A DNA stretch of 64,000 bases, from contig CAZKLU010000003.1 in the NCBI GenBank assembly GCA_964553775.1, forward strand, positions 171 through 64,170, in the 5' to 3' direction. The translations under genes were made by a program, and so were the position numbers. The DNA is from an uncultured Oscillospiraceae bacterium. GTDB taxonomy: Bacteria; Bacillota; Clostridia; Oscillospirales; Oscillospiraceae. A model generated the notes under the pieces. It made no database searches, had not been told where the DNA came from, and was given only the letters and a program-made list of their open reading frames with translations. Positions 1-9,025 of the stretch are shown piece by piece (the first letter of the stretch is position 1; each line of letters opens with the position of its first letter).

Positions 1-59
1 TGAGGAAGTCGAGGACTTCGCCGATATATAGCGGCGCGTCCCCCAATAAAGCGAACGAA

Positions 60-91
60 CCGGCACAGGTTTTGAGACTGTGCCGGTTTTT
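60..91. terminator. Hairpin CCGGCACAG/CTGTGCCGG followed by TTTTT. It lies between the end of an unidentified upstream + strand ORF and the stop of the kinase gene.
   Basis: 9-bp perfect stem, 9-nt loop, T-run at 87-91. It sits just outside the stop codon at 106. Confidence 0.6.
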
Positions 92-105
92 GCTATGCGT
101 GTGAG

Positions 106-3100
106 TTACCAATATATGGTGCAGTTGCTGAACTGGTCGCCGTAAGTGTTAAGAAATGCGTCCTTTGTCTCGGCACTTATGTTGTTGTCGTGCAAGCTCA
201 ACTCTTCCAAATTTGTGAGTGACGCGAGCGGTGTCAGGTCGTTTATGTTGTTGCTACCTAAAGACAGTGATTCCAGATTCGTGAGCGACGCGAGCGGTGT
301 CAGGTCGCTTATATTGTTATCGCCTAAACCCAACGATTCCAAATTAGTAAATGATGTGAGCGAGGAAATGTTGCTTATTTCATTGCCAGCCAAGTCAAGT
401 AGCTCCAAATTAGTAAGCGGTGGGAGCGAGGAAATGTCGCTTATTTCAATGAATCTCAAGTCAAGTATTCTTAAGTTAATGAGTGACGCAAGCGGTGTTA
501 AGTCGCTTATGATATTTCTGTACAAGTACAACGATTCCAGATTCGTGAGCGATGCAAGCGGGGTTATATCACTTATGCTATTGTCGTGCAAGCCCAGCTC
601 TTCCAAATTTGTGAGTGACGCAAGCGGGGTTAGGTCGCTTATATTATTATTGCCTAAGCCCAGATGTTTCAGATTCATGAGCGATGCAAGCGGGGTCAGA
701 TCGGATATATTGTTGTCACCCAAATACAGTGATTGCAAATTAGTAAGTGACGCGAGAGAGGTCAGGTCGCTTATGTTGGTGCTAGTTAAGCGCAATATTT
801 CCAAATCATGCAAAGATTCAAGAGGGGATAAGTCTTTTATAAGATTGAGTGATAAACTCAACTCTTTCAAACCGGATAACGATGCAAGCGGGGTAAGATC
901 CAAAGCTGCTGTGCTGTTGCCGGTCAAGGACAGCGTTTCCAGATTTGTAAGCGATGTGAGTGAGGTCAAGTCACTTATACGGTTGTAATCTATGTTCAGA
1001 TATTTCAGGTTAGTCAGCGACTCAAGAGAGGATATATCGCTTATGTTGTTGCTGTCTAAATTCAGTGTTTCCAAATTTGTAAACAACGCAAGCGGGGTTA
1101 TGTCAGTTATTCCTTTGTCAGATAAATCCAATTCCGTCACGTCCGTGGAATAGGTTTCTCCTCCGATCTCCACGGTTTTCGACATCTCGTCAGTTCCCTC
1201 TGCCTCGTTCTGGTTTTGAGTACCCCACACTATATCGCACCCACTGAACCTGTCGCCGTAGGTGTCAAGAAATGCGTTCTTTGTCTCATCGCTTATGTTG
1301 TTGTTGCTTAAACTTAAATATGTTAGATTAGTAAGTTCTGCAAGCGGGGTTAGGTCGCTTATGCTATTGTTACTTAAAACCAAACTTGTTAGATTAGTAA
1401 GCTCCGTAAGAGGTGTTATATCAGATATGTTGTTGTTGCTCAAGCTCAAACCCGCCAGATTTGTAAGCGATGTGAGCGGGGTTATGTTGCTTATGTTGTT
1501 GCCGTACAAATACAGATATTCCAAATTTGTGAGTGACGCAAGAGAGGTTAGGTCGCTTATGATATTGCTATTCAAGTTCAGTGATTCCAGATTAGTGAGT
1601 GACGCAAGAGGGGCTAGGTCACTTATGTTGTTGCTGTACAAGTTCAGCGATTGCAAATTAGTAAGCGATGCAAGAGGGGTCAGATCGCTTATATTGTTGC
1701 CGCTCAAGTTCAGCGTTTCCAAATTTGTAAACGATGCAAGCGGGGTTATGTCAGTTATTTTCTGGTCAGATAAATACAATTCAATCGCGTCCGTTGAATA
1801 GCTCTTCCCGCCAATCTCCACAGTTTTTGGCGCATCTGTGCTATCGTTTGTTTCATCGGTGTTGTCCGTTCCCTCTGTTCCTCCGTCTGCCGCGGTTCCA
1901 ACCTTATTTTGGACATTTTTATCGTCTTGCCATGTCACAACCACTACCGCAACCACTGCAATTACCACCAGTACCGCCGCCGCTATTGCCGCAATCAGTT
2001 TAACCGGAGGGGACTTCTTTTTGTCTGACGATGTTGTTCGTTGTTCATCTGCCGTGACGCTTTTAACACCAAAGCTTTCTGCTTTAAGCGATTCGTGCGT
2101 CTCTGGCTTTGCGGTGCGGTTGAGCGGTCTGACGGTTTGATCCTTACCGCGTTTCAGTTTGGAGCCGCCCTTTTCTTTCCATGTTTTACCCTCATAAAGC
2201 TCACCGTGCAAATCCTGCATAGTCTGCGTTCTGTCCTGCACCCTCACCGCCATACCGTGCATTATCGCGGCTTCGACTTTTTTTGAAATTTTCACGCCCA
2301 GCTCAGACGGCAGCTTCAATATGTCGTTATCCAATCTCGTAACGGCACGTTCCGGAGCTTTCCCCACAAGGCAATAGTACATCGTCGCGCAAAGAGCGTA
2401 TACATCTGTCCATGATCCCTGATCATGAGCTGTGTACTGCTCTATTGGCGCGAATCCGTGCTTGAGCATCACAGTCATTGTGTGAGAACCCTCAATATCT
2501 CTCGCGCAGCCGAAATCCATCAGCTTGACCTTACCGTTTTTAAGAAGCATAATGTTATCGGGGCTGATGTCACGGTGTATAATTCCGGCATCGTGAACCT
2601 TGCCAAGAGCGATTACTATAGGCTCAATGAGCGGCAGAAGCTCCTCCGGTGTCATTATGTGGTTATGCACTATCTCGCGCAACGTATCGCCGCGAAGATA
2701 TTCCATCACAATATAAGCCGTGTTGTTAAGTGAAAAGAAGTCGATAACCCTGACAATTTCGGGAATCTCATAGAATTTTGCGAGTGTTCTCGTCTCATCA
2801 AGAAAGCCCGATTTACCCTTTTCAAAAAACTGTTTGCCATCTCTTGAAAAGCAGGTGACTTCCTGTGAAACGGTCGTGTCTCTCTGAACGAACGAAGTTG
2901 GAAAATATTCCTTGATTGCAACGCAAATATTCAGTTGTGTATCAAGTCCGAGATATGTAATTCCAAATCCGCCCTCACCGAGAACCCGTCCAAGAATGTA
3001 TCGTCCGTGAAGCTCCGTTCCGGGTAGCAAATGATTCGGCATAGGCGTGTAGCTCATAATATTCGTCCCGCACATCGGACAGAATTTACCTGATGGTATC

Positions 3101-3129
3101 GGAGTCATGCAGTATGGACAATAAATCAT
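106..3129 (-). CDS. Transmembrane Ser/Thr protein kinase with an N-terminal zinc ribbon and a C-terminal extracytoplasmic LRR domain (23 internalin-type repeats)
   Basis: Hanks kinase motifs are present: GEGGFG, VAIKE, HRDISPDN, DFG. Zinc ribbon: CPYC..CPMC. One hydrophobic helix lies at about 1929-2004, followed by 22-aa repeats LxxLxLxxNNISDLTPLASLTN. The likely start is ATG 3129 behind GGGAGTG; the ORF track begins at 3177. Confidence 0.9.
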   Translation of the reverse strand: MIYCPYCMTPIPSGKFCPMCGTNIMSYTPMPNHLLPGTELHGRYILGRVLGEGGFGITYLGLDTQLNICVAIKEYFPTSFVQRDTTVSQEVTCFSRDGKQFFEKGKSGFLDETRTLAKFYEIPEIVRVIDFFSLNNTAYIVMEYLRGDTLREIVHNHIMTPEELLPLIEPIVIALGKVHDAGIIHRDISPDNIMLLKNGKVKLMDFGCARDIEGSHTMTVMLKHGFAPIEQYTAHDQGSWTDVYALCATMYYCLVGKAPERAVTRLDNDILKLPSELGVKISKKVEAAIMHGMAVRVQDRTQTMQDLHGELYEGKTWKEKGGSKLKRGKDQTVRPLNRTAKPETHESLKAESFGVKSVTADEQRTTSSDKKKSPPVKLIAAIAAAVLVVIAVVAVVVVTWQDDKNVQNKVGTAADGGTEGTDNTDETNDSTDAPKTVEIGGKSYSTDAIELYLSDQKITDITPLASFTNLETLNLSGNNISDLTPLASLTNLQSLNLYSNNISDLAPLASLTNLESLNLNSNIISDLTSLASLTNLEYLYLYGNNISNITPLTSLTNLAGLSLSNNNISDITPLTELTNLTSLVLSNNSISDLTPLAELTNLTYLSLSNNNISDETKNAFLDTYGDRFSGCDIVWGTQNQNEAEGTDEMSKTVEIGGETYSTDVTELDLSDKGITDITPLALFTNLETLNLDSNNISDISSLESLTNLKYLNIDYNRISDLTSLTSLTNLETLSLTGNSTAALDLTPLASLSGLKELSLSLNLIKDLSPLESLHDLEILRLTSTNISDLTSLASLTNLQSLYLGDNNISDLTPLASLMNLKHLGLGNNNISDLTPLASLTNLEELGLHDNSISDITPLASLTNLESLYLYRNIISDLTPLASLINLRILDLRFIEISDISSLPPLTNLELLDLAGNEISNISSLTSFTNLESLGLGDNNISDLTPLASLTNLESLSLGSNNINDLTPLASLTNLEELSLHDNNISAETKDAFLNTYGDQFSNCTIYW
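172..1140 (-). repeat. In-gene tandem array of about 15 66-bp units encoding LRR block 2 (coordinates approximate)
   Basis: The 22-codon unit is visibly repeated. It generates long stop-free antisense reading frames (146..988 +). Confidence 0.8.
1290..1790 (-). repeat. In-gene tandem array of about 8 66-bp units encoding LRR block 1 (coordinates approximate)
   Basis: Same 22-codon unit. The antisense shadow ORF is 1262..1801. Confidence 0.8.
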
Positions 3130-3513
3130 AGTAGTCACTCCCTGATATGGTTTTGAAATCTGTAACCTCTCCGGCATTGCCTGTTATGCTATGAACATTT
3201 TAACATATAATAATCCTCGTTTCAAGTCTTTTCGATACATTTCATGTTTTTGAAGATAGAAAAACAGCCCTCATCGGAAAGTGAATGAGAAGCAGACAGA
3301 TTGCATCAAATCATTTCAGTCTTTTCAAAGAACCTGCACGTTCCACCGACTGCTGCGGCTGTGTCGAACAGAAATAACCCTCCTTTGGCAAAAAGCGGTT
3401 CTCTTTTCCATTTTGTCGGTTAAGCAGTGATTTTTGCGCTTTACCCTGTGAGCGGGAAAACGCAGTCACAAATGTAATAATTTGTTAATTGTCCTGCCCC
3501 TAAAATTTGCGGG

Positions 3514-3542
3514 AAAACAAAAATGCCGCCACGAAGGCGGCA
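3514..3542 (-). terminator. Rho-independent terminator of the SLH protein gene
   Basis: On the minus strand: TGCCGCC-ttcgt-GGCGGCA followed by TTTTTGTTTT, 64 nt past the stop codon. Confidence 0.7.
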
Positions 3543-3605
3543 ATTCACGTCAACCCATTGGTCGGCAAGAGACTATTTCGGCGGTGACTGAACGATTAAG
3601 GTGCG

Positions 3606-4349
3606 TCAAGCAGATGTTCCTTCCTGCGTCTCTACATCAATTTCCGGTATTTCATCGCCGTTGATTATTTCTGCATAGCGAATCATGACAGTCGCTACCT
3701 GTGCGCGGGTAGTTGTGCTTGTTGGCTCAAGCGTTGTTTCGGTCACGCCGTTGACTATACCATTTGAAACAGCCCACGCGAACGCGTTCAGACAAATTTC
3801 AGTGATTTCACTGCTGTCGGAAAACGCTTCAAGTACCGTCACATCAGTCTCCGGTGCTCCCGCAAGCTCGTAAAGCGAATAGACAAGACGCTCACGAGTG
3901 AGATCCTCATTTGGACCGAAGCTGCCATCGGAACGTCCCGAAATAAGTCCCTGCGAAACTGCCCAGCTAACCGAAGTATAGAACCAGTTTTCCGGCTTTA
4001 CATCCGAAAAGTTTGTGATTGCTGTTGCGTCTTCACCTTTATAATTATAAAGTATCTGACAAATCTCAGCGCGGGTCACAGAACCATTTGGATGATAAGT
4101 ACCATCATCGTAGCCTTTTACAAAGCCAAGCTCCGCAGCCTGCATGACGTTCTTATAGAACCAGTTTTTGTATGTAACATCGCTGAATGTTTTTGCGGAG
4201 ATGCCGGTTGTCTTATAAGCACCTCGCGATGTCACAGTTTCGCTCTCAGGGTTTGTTGTAATGAAGCCTGCAAAAGCGGCGGTCGTGGGCACGGTGACAG
4301 CGATCGCGGTGACGAGGATAAATATTGCAAATCGTTTCGTTTGTATCAC
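3606..4349 (-). CDS. Secreted protein made of three S-layer homology (SLH) domains with no other recognisable domain
   Basis: Signal peptide (FILVTAIAVTVPTTAAFA). Three repeats of the FSDV..NWFY......G...G..DG.F.P....TR.E pattern. Confidence 0.85.
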   Translation of the reverse strand: MIQTKRFAIFILVTAIAVTVPTTAAFAGFITTNPESETVTSRGAYKTTGISAKTFSDVTYKNWFYKNVMQAAELGFVKGYDDGTYHPNGSVTRAEICQILYNYKGEDATAITNFSDVKPENWFYTSVSWAVSQGLISGRSDGSFGPNEDLTRERLVYSLYELAGAPETDVTVLEAFSDSSEITEICLNAFAWAVSNGIVNGVTETTLEPTSTTTRAQVATVMIRYAEIINGDEIPEIDVETQEGTSA

Positions 4350-4445
4350 TCCTTTCCTTGTCTAAAGCCTATTATACTAAACTGCGCTCTGAAAGTCAAG
4401 AAACATTGTGTTACACTCTTCAGGAATCAATTTCCAGTTAAATAT

Positions 4446-4481
4446 TGAAAAATCCGTCCGATTCTAAAGGAACCGGACGGA
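4446..4481 (-). terminator. Rho-independent terminator downstream of tRNA-fMet
   Basis: Minus strand: TCCGTCCG-13 nt-CGGACGGA followed by TTTTT. Confidence 0.8.
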
Positions 4482-4488
4482 CACATTT

Positions 4489-4564
<76 letters not shown>

Positions 4565-4697
4565 ATATGCAATCTTCCAACGGATAATATTGTATCACAC
4601 AGCGGTTTGTTTGTCAAGTGGTTTTTTTAGTTCATTTATATAAGTCTGTGCTGATTTTTGCTTATAAATTGGTGAAATTGCCGTCATATAAGCCGTT

Positions 4698-5198
4698 CTA
4701 AACATAATTATCCAAAATTCTCCACGTTCCTGTAAGCTTCTCAAACGACCATGCGGCGTTCGCCGGACTTGTAGATGGAAGTTTTACCGCTTGTATTCCT
4801 GTTATTGGAAGTATGAACCGTGAGTACAGTCGGTGAGCCGTGCCGCCGTTTGTGAATATACGTTCAATTTTGGCAGCACGAAGTATGGGACGAATATCAT
4901 TTGCAACGGTGTTTCTTATTGAACTGTCATTGGAGCCTTCAATGTCACATTCGGCAATAACATCCCAGAGCGCGATTGACATAGACAACAGAAACTCCGT
5001 CTTGCCTTCAACGCTATCAGGAACATCGCGGTGAAAGATCTCGCTCAAAACGTTCCAGAACCTATTGCGTGGGTTGCCGTAGTAAAAGCTGTTCTCCCGT
5101 GAAAGTACGGACGGAAGACTTCCAAGTATCAAAATACGCGAGTTCTCATCATATATCGGCGCAAACGGATGCTTAATGTGCGTATATTCCACAGCCAT
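4698..5198 (-). CDS. Uracil-DNA glycosylase superfamily protein, most like family 6 hypoxanthine/deoxyinosine DNA glycosylase
   Basis: Motif LILGSLPSVLS...FYYGNPRNRFW. The probable start is ATG 5198 behind AAGGGGAGA. The 52-codon extension in the ORF track contains a promoter-like TTGCGT-17-TAATAT. Confidence 0.7.
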   Translation of the reverse strand: MAVEYTHIKHPFAPIYDENSRILILGSLPSVLSRENSFYYGNPRNRFWNVLSEIFHRDVPDSVEGKTEFLLSMSIALWDVIAECDIEGSNDSSIRNTVANDIRPILRAAKIERIFTNGGTAHRLYSRFILPITGIQAVKLPSTSPANAAWSFEKLTGTWRILDNYV

Positions 5199-5376
5199 TC
5201 TCCCCTTTATTAAAGTGTATTCTTTATATGTTCTCCTGATATGTACCGAAAAAGTGCGTATATCTATATTATCACAAAACTCCCCGTTACGCAAGAGCCG
5301 TTCAGATTTTGTCATTCCGCTGAATAATTTGCTCAATGAACTTGCAAATTTCATGTTTTATTTTTTTAATTTTCTG

Positions 5377-5405
5377 TTGACTAAATCATTAAAGTATTGT
5401 ATAAT
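5377..5405 (+). promoter_or_regulatory. Sigma-A type promoter of the ABC importer operon
   Basis: TTGACT - 17 nt - TATAAT, with TG at the extended -10 position. Confidence 0.6.
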
Positions 5406-5413
5406 AAAAGCGC

Positions 5414-5446
5414 GGGGGAAAATGGGTTCCCATTTCCCCCGTTTTT
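5414..5446 (+). terminator. Promoter-proximal intrinsic terminator or attenuator hairpin in the ABC operon leader
   Basis: GGGGGAAAATGGG-ttc-CCCATTTCCCCC followed by GTTTTTGG. It begins about 9 nt after the -10 box. Confidence 0.5.
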
Positions 5447-5531
5447 GGCTTATTTTGTCTGGAGCGGTATGGTGCAAGACACCGCTTTCCGGCAATAAAG
5501 GCGTGAATAAACCTTGGGAGGTTATATAAAA

Positions 5532-7889
5532 ATGAATTTTGGGAAAAAACTTCTTGCACTGATGCTGGTTCTAACAATGGTGTTGGGATTGGCAGCCTGC
5601 GGCTCTGAATCGGATACGACAGACGGAACGCAGGACACTACGGGAACAGACACAACGGATTCGACAGACAGCAATAACACTTCCTCCGATACATCCACCG
5701 ACAGCAACGCTACTTATACTTATACCTACACCGATTCCTGCCCCAGCACATGGAGCCCCACAGACTGGCAAAATGCCAACGAGGGTGACGTTATAGTCTA
5801 CACGTTCACGCCGCTTTGGGAGTTTATGATGAACGATACGAAGGACGGCTATGAAATCGTTCCTTCAGCGGCAATCGGTATGCCCGTTGACGTTACAGCG
5901 GACTTTGCCGGAAACGAAGTCTATAACATTCCCGCCGATGCTACAGAGGGCTACGCATGGCAGGTTGAGCTGAACCCCGAAGTAAGCTGGGAGGACGGCA
6001 CACCGATTACCGCTGATGACTACGTTTACTCTCTGCAGCAGTTTCTGAACCCCGATATGAGCAACTTCCGTGCCTCATACTTCTATGCCGGAAGTGCCGC
6101 GTTCGCGAACGCCCAGGCTTATTACAACAGCAAGAGAGCCGGAGAAGTTGGCTTCGTTACGACACTTGGCGAACTCGGCTATTCAACTGTTGAAGAGGCT
6201 GAGGCTGATGGGTACACCGAGTTCGGCGTCGATTTGGACGGCTTCTGGGGAATCGTTGAAGCCGGTGTCGTTTCGATAACCGACGAAACTGAATACCGCG
6301 ATACAGCCATTGAGGACGAGAACGATGCCGAGGCTTATGTGTCCGGTAAATATGTCTATGATAACTATCTCGCCCCCGGTATGTCTTACGAATCGTACAC
6401 GCCCGACTATGTTTATGTCGGATCTGTTTTAGAGGGCGCGACATGGGATGAGGTCGGTCTTATCAAGAACGGCGATTATTCTCTTACATTTATCATGCTC
6501 TACCCTAACTCCGAATTTAATTTCATCTATAATATGTCCGCCTTCTATCTTCTCAAAGAAGACCTTTACGAGGCTAACAAGCAGCAGACAGGCGATATTA
6601 TAAAATCCTCATATGGCACCTCCGCTGACAAGTATATGTCATACGGTCCTTATAAAGTTGCCACTTTTCAGGAAGACAAGGAAATGACACTCACCAAAAA
6701 CGAGAACTGGTTCGGCTACACCTCCGACATATACGAGGGCAAGTACCAAACCACGGACATCGTTATCGAGTACATTAACGAACATTCTACCGCGCTCAAT
6801 CTCTTCCTCCAAGGCAACCTTTCCAGCGTAAGTCTTAACAGTGATGACATAGAAATTTACGGCAGCAGTGACTATGTATATTACACACCGCAAAGCTACG
6901 CCTATCACTACTCTTATAATACAGATATTGACAGTTTGAAGGCTGAAGAGACACCGGGCGAGAACCGCAGCATACTGGCTTATAAGGATTTCCGTGAAGC
7001 TATCACATGGGCTATCGACCGCAACGACTATGTTTCGTCACTCACGGGCGCGTCCGAAGTTGGCTTTGGACTTCTGACAAAGGTGTATGTCTGTGACCCT
7101 GACACCGGTGAGCTTTACCGCGATAACGAGTATGCGAAAGCGGCACTGTGTGAAGTATACGGAGCCAGCGATGAGAGCGAGATAACAGGTTATGACAAGG
7201 AAAGGGCTACCGCGCTATTCCAGTCCGCCTATGATCAATGCCTTGCCGATGGCAATATCTCTGAAACTGATCAGGTTACATTAGACTTCCACACCTACAA
7301 CTCCGATACACAGTCCGTCAGGAGAGTCAACTTCCTTCAGGAATCCATAAACGCGGCTACAGTTGGAACAGATCTTGAGGGTCGTATTACAATCAATCAA
7401 GTTGAAGACCCCGATTACTACGACAACATGAAAAACGGTCTTGTCGATATTACCGTTGCCGCATGGGGCGGCGCGGAGATGGATCCGTATTCAATAATGG
7501 AGTGCTACTGCTCAGATACGCTGCTCGATGAGTACGGTTTCGATCCTTACACCGAGGAAGCAACTATTACAGTAAACGGCGAGGAGCTTACAAAGACGCT
7601 CAATGAGTGGTACGCGGCTCTCTGTCAGGGTGAGTATGTCAACGCCCCGACTGACACAAAGAACCAGATTCTTGCTGGTATGGAGTGTGCTCTTCTTAAG
7701 ACGTATTTCGTGTCACCTATATATTACAGCACGAATGCGGATCTCTATGAGCAAAGAATCGTTCTTGAGAGCGATGAGTATGTCAATGTTCTCGTTGAGT
7801 TTGGCGGTATCATGGGCTTGACGTACACCATGAACGACGAGGAATGGGCAGCTTACTGCGCTGAAAATAACAACCAACTGACATACTAA
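5532..7889 (+). CDS. ABC transporter substrate-binding lipoprotein (family 5, peptide/nickel type), unusually long
   Basis: Lipobox LGLAAC, then a T/D/S-rich linker, then an SBP_bac_5-like body. Start is ATG 5532 behind GGGAGG. Confidence 0.85.
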   Translation: MNFGKKLLALMLVLTMVLGLAACGSESDTTDGTQDTTGTDTTDSTDSNNTSSDTSTDSNATYTYTYTDSCPSTWSPTDWQNANEGDVIVYTFTPLWEFMMNDTKDGYEIVPSAAIGMPVDVTADFAGNEVYNIPADATEGYAWQVELNPEVSWEDGTPITADDYVYSLQQFLNPDMSNFRASYFYAGSAAFANAQAYYNSKRAGEVGFVTTLGELGYSTVEEAEADGYTEFGVDLDGFWGIVEAGVVSITDETEYRDTAIEDENDAEAYVSGKYVYDNYLAPGMSYESYTPDYVYVGSVLEGATWDEVGLIKNGDYSLTFIMLYPNSEFNFIYNMSAFYLLKEDLYEANKQQTGDIIKSSYGTSADKYMSYGPYKVATFQEDKEMTLTKNENWFGYTSDIYEGKYQTTDIVIEYINEHSTALNLFLQGNLSSVSLNSDDIEIYGSSDYVYYTPQSYAYHYSYNTDIDSLKAEETPGENRSILAYKDFREAITWAIDRNDYVSSLTGASEVGFGLLTKVYVCDPDTGELYRDNEYAKAALCEVYGASDESEITGYDKERATALFQSAYDQCLADGNISETDQVTLDFHTYNSDTQSVRRVNFLQESINAATVGTDLEGRITINQVEDPDYYDNMKNGLVDITVAAWGGAEMDPYSIMECYCSDTLLDEYGFDPYTEEATITVNGEELTKTLNEWYAALCQGEYVNAPTDTKNQILAGMECALLKTYFVSPIYYSTNADLYEQRIVLESDEYVNVLVEFGGIMGLTYTMNDEEWAAYCAENNNQLTY

Positions 7890-8056
7890 ACTGCGATTTA
7901 AGATCGGAATGCCGTCAAATTACGGTGAACGGCAAAATAGTCTCCGTTTACCGTAAGTTTAAATCGACTGCGAGGCACGGCGGCCCTTTGCGGCTGTTGT
8001 GCCTTGTGTTATAGGCATTCGGACGCTTGCGTAGAAATTACGGAAAGGCGTAAAAA

Positions 8057-9025
8057 ATGGCTAAATATATAGTAAAACGTATTGTATTGATGTTTGTCAG
8101 TATGTTTATCATAATGACAATGCTGTTTATACTGATTCGTCTGCTGCCTAACCCCGTAATCGCGGTTCAGGGCGGTATGCAGCAGGCACTTGAAGAAATG
8201 CGCGATGCTTGGGGGTACAATGAACCGCTTATTGTACAGTATGGCGTATTTCTGAAGAAGGTTTTTACACAGTGGGATTGGGGCTTCTGCACAACAATAG
8301 GGACATTTCTAACTCCGGTTACATCGTATCTCGCGAGCAAACTCCCCGCGACGGTGTATATAAACGTTATATCAATAGTTTTTTCAATTCCGCTTGGAAT
8401 ACTGTTCGGTATTGTCGCGGCGGTTTTTAAGAACAAATGGCAGGATCAGATTATCAACGTATTTATAATGATATTCATCTCTGTACCATCCTTTGTATAT
8501 GCGTTTTTGCTTCAATATATCGTCGGCTTCAAGCTCGGCTTGGCACCGCTCGTTATGAATAGCGGAAACGATTACTTCTCGTGGTCGATGTTCCATTCAG
8601 CTATCATGCCTATTTTGGCGATGTCATTCGGCACAATAGCGGGAGATATGAGACTTGTACGCGCAGAACTTACAGAGACACTCGGCAGCGAGTATATGCT
8701 GCTTGCGAGAACAAAAGGACTTACACGCAGACAGGCGACTATGCGCCACGCACTCCGCAACTCAATGGTGCCGCTCCTGCCGACGTTCATGTCTGACGTT
8801 ATATACGTTATCAGCGGTTCGCTCATAATTGAACAGATTTTCGCCGTACCCGGCATAGGCAAAACGTACCTGCTGTCAATCTCGAACCGCGACTACAGCG
8901 TGTTCATGGCAATCAGTATGTTTTATGTGGCGATAGGTCTTGCGGCGGGGCTGCTGTTTGATTTAAGCTATGGAATTATTGACCCGCGCATTCGCATGGG
9001 AGGAGGCAAGACAAATGAACTCTGA
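8057..9025 (+). CDS. ABC transporter permease (OppB/DppB-like)
   Basis: Six TM segments. The EAA-type loop reads LARTKGLTRRQATMRHALRNSMVPLL. Confidence 0.9.
   Translation: MAKYIVKRIVLMFVSMFIIMTMLFILIRLLPNPVIAVQGGMQQALEEMRDAWGYNEPLIVQYGVFLKKVFTQWDWGFCTTIGTFLTPVTSYLASKLPATVYINVISIVFSIPLGILFGIVAAVFKNKWQDQIINVFIMIFISVPSFVYAFLLQYIVGFKLGLAPLVMNSGNDYFSWSMFHSAIMPILAMSFGTIAGDMRLVRAELTETLGSEYMLLARTKGLTRRQATMRHALRNSMVPLLPTFMSDVIYVISGSLIIEQIFAVPGIGKTYLLSISNRDYSVFMAISMFYVAIGLAAGLLFDLSYGIIDPRIRMGGGKTNEL

Noticed and set aside
146-1801. Long + strand ORFs (146..988, 280 aa; 1262..1801, 179 aa) opposite the kinase gene
   Set aside because: They are antisense shadows of the 66-bp LRR repeat. Their products are repetitive low-complexity strings (SDASGVRSL...) with no start context. 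The minus-strand frame carries clear kinase and LRR motifs.
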